From Thermodesulfobacteriota bacterium (lineage in GTDB: Bacteria; Desulfobacterota; Binatia; UBA9968), in assembly GCA_036794995.1 (NCBI GenBank), contig DAIRFP010000002.1, positions 2,744 to 57,817 on the forward strand: 55,074 nt of DNA, read 5' to 3'. The notes below the pieces were generated by a model. That model made no database searches, was not told where the DNA came from, and was given only the letters and a program-made list of their open reading frames with translations. The stretch's first letter is position 1; every line of letters starts with the position of its first letter. A program made the position numbers and the translations under genes. Positions 1 to 8,971 of this stretch are shown here, piece after piece.

Positions 1-40
1 AGGGCGGCTGCCGCACCGGAGCGCTGGTAGCGTGGGGAAA

Positions 41-1270
41 TTAACCCTCGCCTATGGGTTTCGCATCGTGTAGTTGGGATCGGTAAAGAACCATGTAAGC
101 GACCAACCCAGCCGTGAGGGAACCACAGGCTGCGACTGTCCATGGGGCGCCAATCCAGGTGGCAAACATGCCAAAGGGAAAGCTTCCCATGGGTCCGAGT
201 CCGCGATTGATTAAGCCGAAGAGAGACATGACCCGTCCTCGGTTCGATTCATCGCTATAGATTTGTAGCAAGGTCGCAATGGAGGAAAGAAAAGTGGTCT
301 GAAAGGCGCCGGCAAAAAATAGAAAAAAAAGCGAAAGCAGAAAATCTCGCGAAGCGGCGAAAAGCACAATAGAGGAGCCGAAACCGGAACCGAGAAAGAG
401 CAGCAGATAATGCGGTTTGGGAAAGCGCCGAATCGACGCGAGAGTGAGTCCGCCCAAGATCGCGCCGGCGCCGGGTGCCATGAGCAGCAGGCCGAGACCC
501 GGCGCGCCGACCTGCAGAATATCGCGGGCGAAGACGGGCATGAATTGGGTATAGGGTTTGGTGCAAAAGGTTACGATTCCCAGGAGTGTCAACAGCGATA
601 GAAACACCGGCGTGTTCCACGCCAGGGTCAAGCCTTCGACGGTGTCGCGAGAGAGACTTGTCTTGTTTGCTTGTCGCGCGCCTGAAGCAATGTGAATCAT
701 AAAAATCGTAAGCAGCACGACCAGGTTTCCAACCGTGGCGACGAAAAAACAGCCGCTGGTGTCGATGTGGGGAATCAGCATGCCGCCGATGGACGGGCCG
801 AAGAGCATCGAGCCGTTGAAAACCATCTGATACAGCGTGACGGCATTGGGAAGTTCCGAACGGGGCACGAGATCATGCAATATTGATTGGCGTACGGGTT
901 GCTCGAAGGAAACCAACAAGCCTGTCAATGCCGAAACGATCAACATATGCCAAACTTGAATCGTGCCGAGGTAGTCCATGACGCCTAAGAATAGCGCCAT
1001 GAACAGAAAAGCGCTCTGGGTCATGATGAACAGGAGCTTGCGGTTGGCACGGTCGACTAGGGCTCCGCCCAAGGGCGAAAAAATCACTCGTGGCAGACCC
1101 AGACAAAGTCCCTCGAGTCCCAAATAAAATGGCGAGTCCGTTAGTTGAAAAATAAGCCAACTTTGTGCCGTCGTTTGAATTAGTGTTCCGGTGTGACCGA
1201 CCAGGAGTCCACACCAGAAGATAAAATAGTCACGATGGCGGAAGGCGCGAAAGGTATGCTTAAGAACCAT
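41..1270 (-). CDS. MFS transporter (EntS/MFS_3-like exporter)
   Basis: 409-aa ORF that is hydrophobic throughout. The N-terminal FRHRDYFIFWCG and the GGALVDRANRKLL loop are typical of this MFS subfamily. Same strand as the upstream operon and 198 nt downstream of it. Confidence 0.8.
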   Translation of the reverse strand: MVLKHTFRAFRHRDYFIFWCGLLVGHTGTLIQTTAQSWLIFQLTDSPFYLGLEGLCLGLPRVIFSPLGGALVDRANRKLLFIMTQSAFLFMALFLGVMDYLGTIQVWHMLIVSALTGLLVSFEQPVRQSILHDLVPRSELPNAVTLYQMVFNGSMLFGPSIGGMLIPHIDTSGCFFVATVGNLVVLLTIFMIHIASGARQANKTSLSRDTVEGLTLAWNTPVFLSLLTLLGIVTFCTKPYTQFMPVFARDILQVGAPGLGLLLMAPGAGAILGGLTLASIRRFPKPHYLLLFLGSGFGSSIVLFAASRDFLLSLFFLFFAGAFQTTFLSSIATLLQIYSDESNRGRVMSLFGLINRGLGPMGSFPFGMFATWIGAPWTVAACGSLTAGLVAYMVLYRSQLHDAKPIGEG

Positions 1271-1468
1271 GATCCTGTTGCAGTTGCGAGGTGGTTAACT
1301 CGGGCAGAGGGTCACGTCCGCGAGGTCAGGATCAGAATCAGACGCGGAAAAAGCGAAAACGAAGTTGGGTCTGTCGGCGAGGCCAGCTCTATGATGGGCA
1401 GGAGCGCCATCGTGTGAATTGTTCCAATTAAGTCTCTCCGCCAAAGAACGACGCCGGGTTACGAAATA

Positions 1469-2728
1469 TCATTCTTGTCCAGAGATCAGCCTTTCCCAGA
1501 ACGCATCATTCATCAACACTTTCGTGATGAAAATCTCCTCCTCCTCGGCGCGTGACGCTATCTTGGGCTGCAAGGGAAAGGTCAGGGTGAAGGTGACCCC
1601 CTGACCCTGCTGGTTTTGGACGTCGATTTTACCGCCATGATGATAGACGATGAAGTAGCAGGCCATCAGATTGATACCAAACTCCTGACAATTACCGCGG
1701 CTTAGGAAGAACGGATCGAAGACTGAACGAAGCGCCTCTCGGGGCAGTCCGGGACCGTCGTCCCTGACCTCGATTTCCAGTTCCTGTTCTGTCTTAGGAT
1801 CCAGGCGCGCGGCGAAGAAAATGTGGCTTCCGGGCGGCAAGCTGATGATCTCGTCTTTTAGCAGCAGGTCGAAGAGACGTTGAAACTTGTCCCGGTCCAC
1901 TAACAAAGGGGGAAGCCCGGAAGGGATCTGATTGACGACCGTGATGCCATTTTGCAATAAACTGCCTTTCAACCGTTCCACGCTTGCAGCAACGGTTTCG
2001 TCGAGGTGCAACTCCTGGGCGGTGGGGAAATCGCTTTGTTCCGCCGCAATGACGATGTCGCTGAGGAGGCCGGTAATACGCCGGATTTGAACCTGAGCCT
2101 GCTCGTAGAACTCCTTCCAAAAATTTGGATTACGCATGTGATCGGCATCGATCTTCTCTTCCAAGAGTTTCTCCGGCGCGAGATCCATAAAAGTCCGCAC
2201 TGCAACCAGCGAGTTGCGAACGTAATGGCCCAGTCGGGCAGCCAGGAGCCCTAGACTAAGCACCCGGTCGGTGATCAACATCCTTTGCAGCGCCGAAAGT
2301 TTTTCTTTGAGAAGTAAATCTCTCTCGCGCTGGACAATAAAAAACTCCAAGGCACGTTGGAGCGTGATCTCAAGCTGAGGAATATCCCAGGGCTTGGTCA
2401 CATACTTGTAAATGGCTCCCGAGTTGACCGCCTCTATGGCCACGTCGAGGTCGGAGTAGGCCGTCGTCAGAATACGAATCGCCCGCGGATGCAATTGGCG
2501 GGCACGCTCTAGAAACTGTACCCCCTTCTCGCCCGGCATCCGCTGGTCCGTCACCAAGAGCCCGATCTCGTTTCGGTGTTGTTCCAAAAGCCGGTAGCCC
2601 TCCTCGGCGTTGGCAGCACTCAGGATCCGAAACCTTTTCCCGAAAGCCCGGGTAAAGTATTTAAGCGCCATCTCCTCGTCATCCACATACAGGATGGCGG
2701 ATTTCCGATAGTCGTAAAAGTCTTCCAT
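1469..2728 (-). CDS. Response regulator with histidine-kinase-like output domain (PhcR-like architecture)
   Basis: Receiver motifs are present: ILYVDDEE, LLVTDQRMPGEKG, VTKPW. The C-terminal half has a DHp-like H-box (LGHYVRNSLVAVRTF) and a HATPase G1 box (VRDDGPGLP), but a weak N-box and a weak G2 box. It lies 9 nt downstream of the sensor kinase gene. Confidence 0.8.
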   Translation of the reverse strand: MEDFYDYRKSAILYVDDEEMALKYFTRAFGKRFRILSAANAEEGYRLLEQHRNEIGLLVTDQRMPGEKGVQFLERARQLHPRAIRILTTAYSDLDVAIEAVNSGAIYKYVTKPWDIPQLEITLQRALEFFIVQRERDLLLKEKLSALQRMLITDRVLSLGLLAARLGHYVRNSLVAVRTFMDLAPEKLLEEKIDADHMRNPNFWKEFYEQAQVQIRRITGLLSDIVIAAEQSDFPTAQELHLDETVAASVERLKGSLLQNGITVVNQIPSGLPPLLVDRDKFQRLFDLLLKDEIISLPPGSHIFFAARLDPKTEQELEIEVRDDGPGLPREALRSVFDPFFLSRGNCQEFGINLMACYFIVYHHGGKIDVQNQQGQGVTFTLTFPLQPKIASRAEEEEIFITKVLMNDAFWERLISGQE

Positions 2729-2737
2729 TAGTTCTCC

Positions 2738-5428
2738 TCAAGCAGGCATTGAGCTGGCCGGTCTCTGCGGAAAGTGTAGCCTGAACTCTGAATAGGCGCC
2801 CAGTTCACTCTGCACCTGAATCCGGCCGCCGTGTTGCTTCATGATACGGTAGCAAATGCTGAGCCCCAGTCCCATACCCTCTCCTACATCCTTGGTGGTG
2901 AAAAAGGGATCGAAAATTCTGTGAAGGTTTTCAGAAATAATTCCTTCGCCGTTGTCCCGGATGATGACGAGGCTCTCACCGTCGTTTTCAATCCCTTGCA
3001 CCCAGATAGTCGCTGGAGTTTCAGGGAAATGTTTCTTTCCCAGCGCATGCAGGGAGTTTTGCACTAGGTTGACCAGAACTTGGATGATTTGGTTCCGATT
3101 GGCCCAGATCGTCTGGTTTTGTGGAATTTCCTTCACAATGATCACTGTGTTTTCCCACTCGTTGCTCAGAAGACGCAGAGCGGAGTTCACCACTTCCAGT
3201 ACAGGAACCTGCTCCAGTTGAGTTAGGTTGGGGTGGGTGAAGGTGCGGAGATCCGACACGATACCGCTGATTCGATTGATACCCTCCCCCATGTCTTGGA
3301 GAACCTCTCGGAACTCCGCTTTTTCATCTTCGCCTAGTGACTCAGTCATTATCTGTAATACGTAAAGTGCGGTTTTGGCAAAATTGAGTGGGTTATTTAT
3401 TTCGTGGATGATCCCGGCGCTCATCCGACCCAAGGACGCCAGTTTTTCCGAGTGAACCAATTGCACTTCGGTTTCTTTCAGCTGCTCGATGGTGGTCTCC
3501 AGGATTCGATTCTGGCGGGTGAGTTCCTGCTGCAAGTTATAGGTATCAAAAAGGTTCTTGAGTCGAACGCTCAACTCCGTGGTGGAGAATGGTTTGGTGA
3601 TGAAGTCGTTTGCGCCTGCCGAAAGCGCGGCGAGCTTGGTTTCCTCGTCCGCCCGGGCGGTCAGGAGCAGGATCGGGATCGATCGGGTGGAGGTCCGTTG
3701 TCTCAGTTCGCGGCAGACCTCGAGCCCATTCTTCTCAGGCATCATCATGTCGCATACGATCACGTCGGGCAGAAATTGGCTGGCCTTTTCGACCGCCTGC
3801 TGGCCATCTGCCGCCTCGATCACTTGGAAGCTCTGGCTCAGCTGGGATTTTAAGTATTTGAGCATGTCCGGCTCGTCATCGGCGATGAGGATGCGCGGTT
3901 GCCCCATGTGAACAGAAGTCTCCACGGGACGAATGGTTTCCTTGAGCGACGTCATCGACGGGTAGAGTTCGGCCTGCCGGTTGAGGTTCTTAAGCCATGA
4001 ATCACCGTTCCGGTTGGGCTCCGCCGGCGTCAGAGATGAGACGCTTTCGGCAGAACCTTCGACCCCATTCGACATGCGGGAGCTTTGAGGTTCCGATTCG
4101 TGATAAGGCAAAGCAACCGTAAACTGTGTGCCCTTGCCGATGGCGCTGCTCACCGCTACTTTTCCGCCTTGGACCTCGACAAGCTCTTTGACCAGCGCCA
4201 ACCCTATTCCCACGCCGCGAAACTGTCTCTGCGATGAGGTGTCCGCTTGCCAGAACCGGTCGAATATAAAGGGAAGTTGTTCCTCGCTGATGCCCGTCCC
4301 GGTGTCAGAAACTTCGAGTAGCAACTCACCGTTGTTGCGTATCGCGTTGACCTGAACCTTTCCCCCGGCAGGGGTGAACTTTAACGCGTTAAACAACAGG
4401 TTGAGTAAAATTCTCTCTAGCTTGTCGCCGTCAGTGAGAACCGTATGGACGGCCGGATCGGAGGTCACTTCTATGCGTATGCCTCGGTCCGCCGCGCTTT
4501 TCTTGACAGCGTTAGCTAGGCCGTGCAAGAAGGGCGCAATCGCGACAGATTCCTGCTTCACCTCCATCTTCCCGGACTCCAACCGGACCAGATCCAATAG
4601 GTCGTTGATGAGTTTAAGAAGTCGCAATCCATTGCTCTGCATAATGAGCAGCAGCTGCCGCGTCTCGGGTTCCAATGCCAAGTTACGATCTTGAAGCAGG
4701 GTTTGCAGCGGCGCCAAGAGGAGGGTGAGAGGCGTGCGCAGCTCGTGGCTAATATTGGCGAAGAAACGGCTCTTGATTCGGTCCAGCTCCACGAGTTTCT
4801 GATTGGTTTCCTCGAGCTTCTGCCGGTTTTGGCCTAACTCGAAACGGAGGACGAACTCGCGAAAATGAAGCTGGTTGTAAAGATAGTTGCCGGTCACTAC
4901 GATGATGCCGGTTAAGACCAGGAAATACATGTTGTTGAAGAATATCCCCGAGTCCTTGGCGATATTCCAGGGGAGGCAGGCGATTAGATAAAAGAGGAAA
5001 AGTATCGCCATTGCCAGCAAAGACTCGCCCGTGCTCCAGTGTACGATAGCGTTGACCGCGAGCAGCACCAGAATCAGTCCGGCATAGTAGGGAGAGTCGG
5101 AACCCTCGGTGATGGAAATCATCCAGGAGATGAAGAAAGCTGGCAGTAGCGCTATCGGGATTCCCAGAAAGCGATAGTAGCGAACGCCAAAGGGAGTTTT
5201 GTGCAAAGCCCATAGGATTCCGGCTAGCACGGAACAAAACAGTCGTAATAACAAGAAATCAGTGAACCGCTCCGGATAAACGAAGTAGTCCAGCAGGATT
5301 CCCGCGGGCATGAGAAAGACCACGAGCGCGCAGGCTACTTTCCCGCTCCTGATCCGCTCGCGGCGCTCGTTAGCGACAAAAGCCCGCTGAAATTCCTCTT
5401 GTTGCCAGACAGCTTCCTTAGTGGTCAT
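2738..5428 (-). CDS. Membrane hybrid sensor histidine kinase with two kinase cores flanking an internal receiver
   Basis: An N-terminal multi-TM region is followed by core 1: H-box FANISHELRTPL, N-box LLFNALKFTP, VSDTGTGI, GVGIGLALV. Next comes a receiver (RILIADDEPD, VCDMMMPEKNG, ITKPF). Core 2 follows: H-box GIIHEINNPL, N-box LVNLVQNSLHA, IRDNGEGI, GMGLGLSI. Confidence 0.85.
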   Translation of the reverse strand: MTTKEAVWQQEEFQRAFVANERRERIRSGKVACALVVFLMPAGILLDYFVYPERFTDFLLLRLFCSVLAGILWALHKTPFGVRYYRFLGIPIALLPAFFISWMISITEGSDSPYYAGLILVLLAVNAIVHWSTGESLLAMAILFLFYLIACLPWNIAKDSGIFFNNMYFLVLTGIIVVTGNYLYNQLHFREFVLRFELGQNRQKLEETNQKLVELDRIKSRFFANISHELRTPLTLLLAPLQTLLQDRNLALEPETRQLLLIMQSNGLRLLKLINDLLDLVRLESGKMEVKQESVAIAPFLHGLANAVKKSAADRGIRIEVTSDPAVHTVLTDGDKLERILLNLLFNALKFTPAGGKVQVNAIRNNGELLLEVSDTGTGISEEQLPFIFDRFWQADTSSQRQFRGVGIGLALVKELVEVQGGKVAVSSAIGKGTQFTVALPYHESEPQSSRMSNGVEGSAESVSSLTPAEPNRNGDSWLKNLNRQAELYPSMTSLKETIRPVETSVHMGQPRILIADDEPDMLKYLKSQLSQSFQVIEAADGQQAVEKASQFLPDVIVCDMMMPEKNGLEVCRELRQRTSTRSIPILLLTARADEETKLAALSAGANDFITKPFSTTELSVRLKNLFDTYNLQQELTRQNRILETTIEQLKETEVQLVHSEKLASLGRMSAGIIHEINNPLNFAKTALYVLQIMTESLGEDEKAEFREVLQDMGEGINRISGIVSDLRTFTHPNLTQLEQVPVLEVVNSALRLLSNEWENTVIIVKEIPQNQTIWANRNQIIQVLVNLVQNSLHALGKKHFPETPATIWVQGIENDGESLVIIRDNGEGIISENLHRIFDPFFTTKDVGEGMGLGLSICYRIMKQHGGRIQVQSELGAYSEFRLHFPQRPASSMPA

Positions 5429-6857
5429 GGGGTTTTCTAACTTCGATATAAATATTCACCCCGGTGTCGTCGGACTTGACGCAGATGCTTTTGGCCGGAG
5501 CGCGGTCTGAGATCAACGCGCTCAGTTGCGCCGAATTTCGGTGAATCAAATGCCATTCCAACAGGTATTCCATGCCGTTCCGTGATGGGTTCGAAGCATC
5601 AATGTTGGTGGCGACGAGAAGCCCGCCCGGTTCCAGCATGTCATAAAAAATCTCCATGAGCCGTTTACAGATGCGGTCTGAGAGATAATCAAAAACTCCG
5701 GCACAATAAACCAACTCGAACTTCTCTTGCCGGGTATTAGGCCTACTCTCCTCCTTGAGGACTTGATGCACAGATTTCTTGACTACGTCAATCTTCGTGG
5801 TGCGGTTAAACTTGCTTTTGAGATCTTCAAGGACTTTCTTGGTGTGCTGAAGGGTTTCGTCGTTGAAGTCGAGTAAGACGAAACTGGCGTCATTACAGAC
5901 CTCGTCCTTCATCAGAAAATTCTGGACTTCTCCGGCCGGTCCGCATCCCAAGTTGAATATTCTGGCGGGATGCTCGCCTCGGGCCATCCGGTGGGTCTCT
6001 TTGACCAGGACCTTGGCTAAATAGCTGACGCGGTTTCGGTGCGCCTCCGCCGGGCGCTGGCTAAGAAACCACGAATTAACGATCTTAGAAAAAAGCGAGC
6101 TCCCTTCCAAAGGATTTCGTAGAATCATGTTCACCATTTCATAGTCACCAGCGTACCCCAGAGGTTTTTGGTAAGTCCGATAAGCAAAGGGAGAGCATAG
6201 TAACTGCGGGTGGAGCTGCCGCTTGGCGTAAGTTCTGTGAAACGGGAGGAGATCGGCGGGCACGTGGTCGGCGGCCTCTTCGAACCTTACGAAGAAGGAA
6301 TCGATGGTGGATAGGATCGTTGGCGCTAATTCGTGGATGACATCGATCTCGGTTTGTACCCGATCGGCGGAAGAAGAGGAGCGAATTCCCAACTCCACCT
6401 GGTCCAGCCAGCGCCTGAGGTCCATGAAGAAGTTCTGCATATCGGCCAAAACAATCTTGTACTGGGGCAGAATGGCATGGATTCTTTCCCATTCCTTAAG
6501 AAATTCTGTGAAATCTCCCCTCAGTTTGTTGGGCTCAGTGACGAGCGCGAACAGATCAACGTCGAGCCAGGCTTCATCTAAGGTCGCTTCGCAAACCAGC
6601 ATGCTGCCGGTATTGACGAGATTGCTTACAGTGGCGCGACCCGAATAGATGAGCTGTTCATTAACGATGATTCTGAATTCCTCCAGAACCTCCGAAAGCT
6701 GAAGAATGCTGTACGGATTATAGACTTCAAAGGCCACGACGTCGCGGGTTATACGAAGCGGGGTGGCCCTAAAGTCGTAACCCTGGCTGGTCCGACAGAC
6801 AATGATGCTGTCTCTTTCTACGGCCTGCGGTGCGAGCGATTTATTGCTATTTTTCAT
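5418..6857 (-). CDS. Class I SAM-dependent methyltransferase with a long N-terminal extension (PhcB-like position)
   Basis: 479 aa. Motif I is RIFNLGCGPAGEV and a post-I acidic motif (VLLDFNDE) is present in the C-terminal third. The N-terminal ~250 aa are of unknown function. The stop overlaps the start of the downstream kinase by 11 nt. Confidence 0.7.
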   Translation of the reverse strand: MKNSNKSLAPQAVERDSIIVCRTSQGYDFRATPLRITRDVVAFEVYNPYSILQLSEVLEEFRIIVNEQLIYSGRATVSNLVNTGSMLVCEATLDEAWLDVDLFALVTEPNKLRGDFTEFLKEWERIHAILPQYKIVLADMQNFFMDLRRWLDQVELGIRSSSSADRVQTEIDVIHELAPTILSTIDSFFVRFEEAADHVPADLLPFHRTYAKRQLHPQLLCSPFAYRTYQKPLGYAGDYEMVNMILRNPLEGSSLFSKIVNSWFLSQRPAEAHRNRVSYLAKVLVKETHRMARGEHPARIFNLGCGPAGEVQNFLMKDEVCNDASFVLLDFNDETLQHTKKVLEDLKSKFNRTTKIDVVKKSVHQVLKEESRPNTRQEKFELVYCAGVFDYLSDRICKRLMEIFYDMLEPGGLLVATNIDASNPSRNGMEYLLEWHLIHRNSAQLSALISDRAPAKSICVKSDDTGVNIYIEVRKPHDH

Positions 6858-7193
6858 CTTAAGAGATGGCCACCATCGCCGCGCAAGAAACCAAGTCGTT
6901 AATCGCTTACAGAATGGGTTTGCCTCTCCGGCAATCTGTAAGTGAATACGGGGCTAATACCGGGTCCATTAAAATGTCATTCATCCAGACACTGTCTCAG
7001 GCGATACGTGTCAATTGGACTGAGCTACAAGTGAAGTACATATATTATTCTTTATCTCACATAAAAGAATCAATACAGTGTATGAAAGAATATGTTAGGA
7101 CCGTCCGACGAACGAGCGGTTCAATGACTTATCCAGGAAGGGCCGTAATGCCGCTGAACATAGGATCAGACCAGGGCCGTAGCGAGTTAATGG

Positions 7194-7237
7194 AAAACAG
7201 GCCAACCCTTTCAACTGGATGGTGCGGTTGCCGGGCC
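7194..7237 (-). terminator. Possible intrinsic terminator after tRNA-Glu
   Basis: On the minus strand, GGCC(cgg)CAACC ... GGTTGGCC is followed by TGTTTTCC. The stem is imperfect (3-nt bulge). Confidence 0.3.
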
Positions 7238-7242
7238 ACATA

Positions 7243-7317
7243 TGGTGGTCCCAACGGGAGTCGAACCCGTGTTACCGACGTGAGAGGCCGGTGTCCTAAC
7301 CACTAGACGATGGGACC
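7243..7317 (-). tRNA. tRNA-Glu(CUC): tRNA-Glu (anticodon CUC), CCA encoded
   Basis: The reverse complement reads GGTCCCATCGTCTAGTGGTTAGGACACCGGCCTCTCACGTCGGTAACACGGGTTCGACTCCCGTTGGGACCACCA. It folds by hand into a cloverleaf with anticodon loop C-U-CUC-A-C. Confidence 0.9.
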
Positions 7318-7318
7318 T

Positions 7319-7394
7319 TGGCTGAGGAGGTAGGACTCGAACCTACAATCGCCTGATCCAGAGTCAGGTGGCTTACCAATTAGCCGACTCCTCA
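7319..7394 (-). tRNA. tRNA-Gln(CUG): tRNA-Gln (anticodon CUG), CCA encoded
   Basis: The reverse complement reads TGAGGAGTCGGCTAATTGGTAAGCCACCTGACTCTGGATCAGGCGATTGTAGGTTCGAGTCCTACCTCCTCAGCCA. The anticodon stem is CCTGA/TCAGG and the loop is CUCUGGA. Confidence 0.9.
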
Positions 7395-7451
7395 AATATT
7401 GCGGCTAGGCTAAACTAAAAGAATTGCCCGGGAGAGTCAAGTTGGAAGCGG

Positions 7452-8876
7452 CTATGGGGAACGGGGTCCAAGGCGTTGCAAAGCCGATTGTAGTCGCCGA
7501 AGCGTCCGTTCTTTGCCGAGGACCGCGATGACCTCGTGAATGCCGGGACTGACAGTGGAGCCGGTTAGTGCGACGCGAACCGGTTGAGCCAGTGTGCTCA
7601 TGGTTAAACCTAGTTCTTGTAGCACCGCCGAAAACACGTGCTCAACGCTCGTTTCGGTGAAGTCGTCGAGTTTCTTTAGTTGCTCGATGAGTGTGGCCAT
7701 CGGGGCGCGGACTTCCTCGGTGAGAAATTTCGCCGCCGCTTTTTCATCAATCACAATGTCGTCCAATAGGTAGAAAGCTGCCGAGTCGACGAGATCTACC
7801 AGGGTCTTGGAACGTTCTCGCAATGTTTTAATCATCTTTTCGAGCCACAGCTTGTCTTGAGGAACGGGATAACCCTTGGCTTGAATATATGGGATGGCCG
7901 CTTCAGCCAATTGAGATAACGGGCGTGACTTGAGGTAATGAAAGTTGACCCATAGGAACTTCTCGGGGTTGAAGACTCCCGCCGATTTTCCCACGTTCTC
8001 CAGCGTAAACTTTTCGATTAGCTCGTCGCGTGAGAAGATCTCCTGATCACCGTGGGACCACCCGAGCCGAACCAGATAGTTGACGACGGCCTCGGGAAAA
8101 TATCCCATCTCGCGATAGGCCATTACTGATGTGGCGCCATGGCGTTTGCTCAAGCGAGCTTTGTCGGTGCCGAGAATCAGCGGCACATGGGCGAACCGCG
8201 GTAGAGAACGTCCCAACGCCTGGTAGAGAAGAATCTGGCGTGGGGTATTCGACAGATGATCATCGCCGCGGATGATGTGCGTCATCTCCATCTCGATGTC
8301 GTCGACAACCACACAGAAGTTGTAAGTCGGAGTTCCGTCGGTTCTAGCGATGATGAGATCGTCAAGCTCGTGGTTGTCAAAAACAATCGCGCCTTTGATC
8401 AAGTCGTTGACGAGAGTCGAGCCGGTCCGGGGAGAACGAAAACGAATCGTATAGGGTTTATCCAAGGGCAATGAAGCTTTTTCGCCCTCTGGGGGGCGGC
8501 AAGTGCCGTCGTAGGACGGTTTACGCTTTTCCTTCTGGGCGAGTTGGCGTTTCGCATTGAGCACGGCGGGCGTGCACACGCAGGGGTAGGCCTTCCCCTC
8601 GGCGACAAGCTCGCGAATCTTTTCCTGATAGAGCGGATACCTGTCTGTCTGATAGAAAGGACCCTCATCATAGTCGAGATCCAGCCACTTCATGGCTTCT
8701 AGTATCGCGTTGATCGCCTCGGGGGTCGATCGTTCCCGGTCCGTGTCCTCGATCCTTAGAAGGAATTTGCCGCCGTGATGGTGGGCGAAAAGATAATTGA
8801 ATAGTGCCGTGCGGGCACCACCGATGTGCAGATAGCCGGTGGGACTGGGTGCGAAGCGTGTTCGAACTGGGGTCAT
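7452..8876 (-). CDS. gltX: Glutamate--tRNA ligase
   Basis: The N-terminus is [24 protein letters not shown] (HIGH motif). The KMSKS-type motif is RLSKRHG. Length is 474 aa. Confidence 0.95.
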   Translation of the reverse strand: MTPVRTRFAPSPTGYLHIGGARTALFNYLFAHHHGGKFLLRIEDTDRERSTPEAINAILEAMKWLDLDYDEGPFYQTDRYPLYQEKIRELVAEGKAYPCVCTPAVLNAKRQLAQKEKRKPSYDGTCRPPEGEKASLPLDKPYTIRFRSPRTGSTLVNDLIKGAIVFDNHELDDLIIARTDGTPTYNFCVVVDDIEMEMTHIIRGDDHLSNTPRQILLYQALGRSLPRFAHVPLILGTDKARLSKRHGATSVMAYREMGYFPEAVVNYLVRLGWSHGDQEIFSRDELIEKFTLENVGKSAGVFNPEKFLWVNFHYLKSRPLSQLAEAAIPYIQAKGYPVPQDKLWLEKMIKTLRERSKTLVDLVDSAAFYLLDDIVIDEKAAAKFLTEEVRAPMATLIEQLKKLDDFTETSVEHVFSAVLQELGLTMSTLAQPVRVALTGSTVSPGIHEVIAVLGKERTLRRLQSALQRLGPRSP

Positions 8877-8971
8877 GTCCGCAAAGTAACAAGGAGCCTG
8901 AGGAGGGTCAACGGCGCGTTATAAAAAGCTGAGGATTATGCTAAGATCACTTCGTTCAAGGAGCCTAGGTC

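Noticed and set aside
6500-6857. PilZ-like beta-barrel at the N-terminus of the methyltransferase (IIVCRTSQGYDFRATPLRITRDVVAFEVY...VSNLVNTGS).
   Set aside because: I could not find the RxxxR motif, and the D/NxSxxG motif is at best approximate. The resemblance is too weak to call without a profile search.
6866-7306. 146-aa plus-strand ORF in the region upstream of the methyltransferase operon.
   Set aside because: Its 3-prime end runs through tRNA-Glu on the opposite strand. It covers an AT-rich probable promoter region and has no recognisable motif or Shine-Dalgarno sequence.
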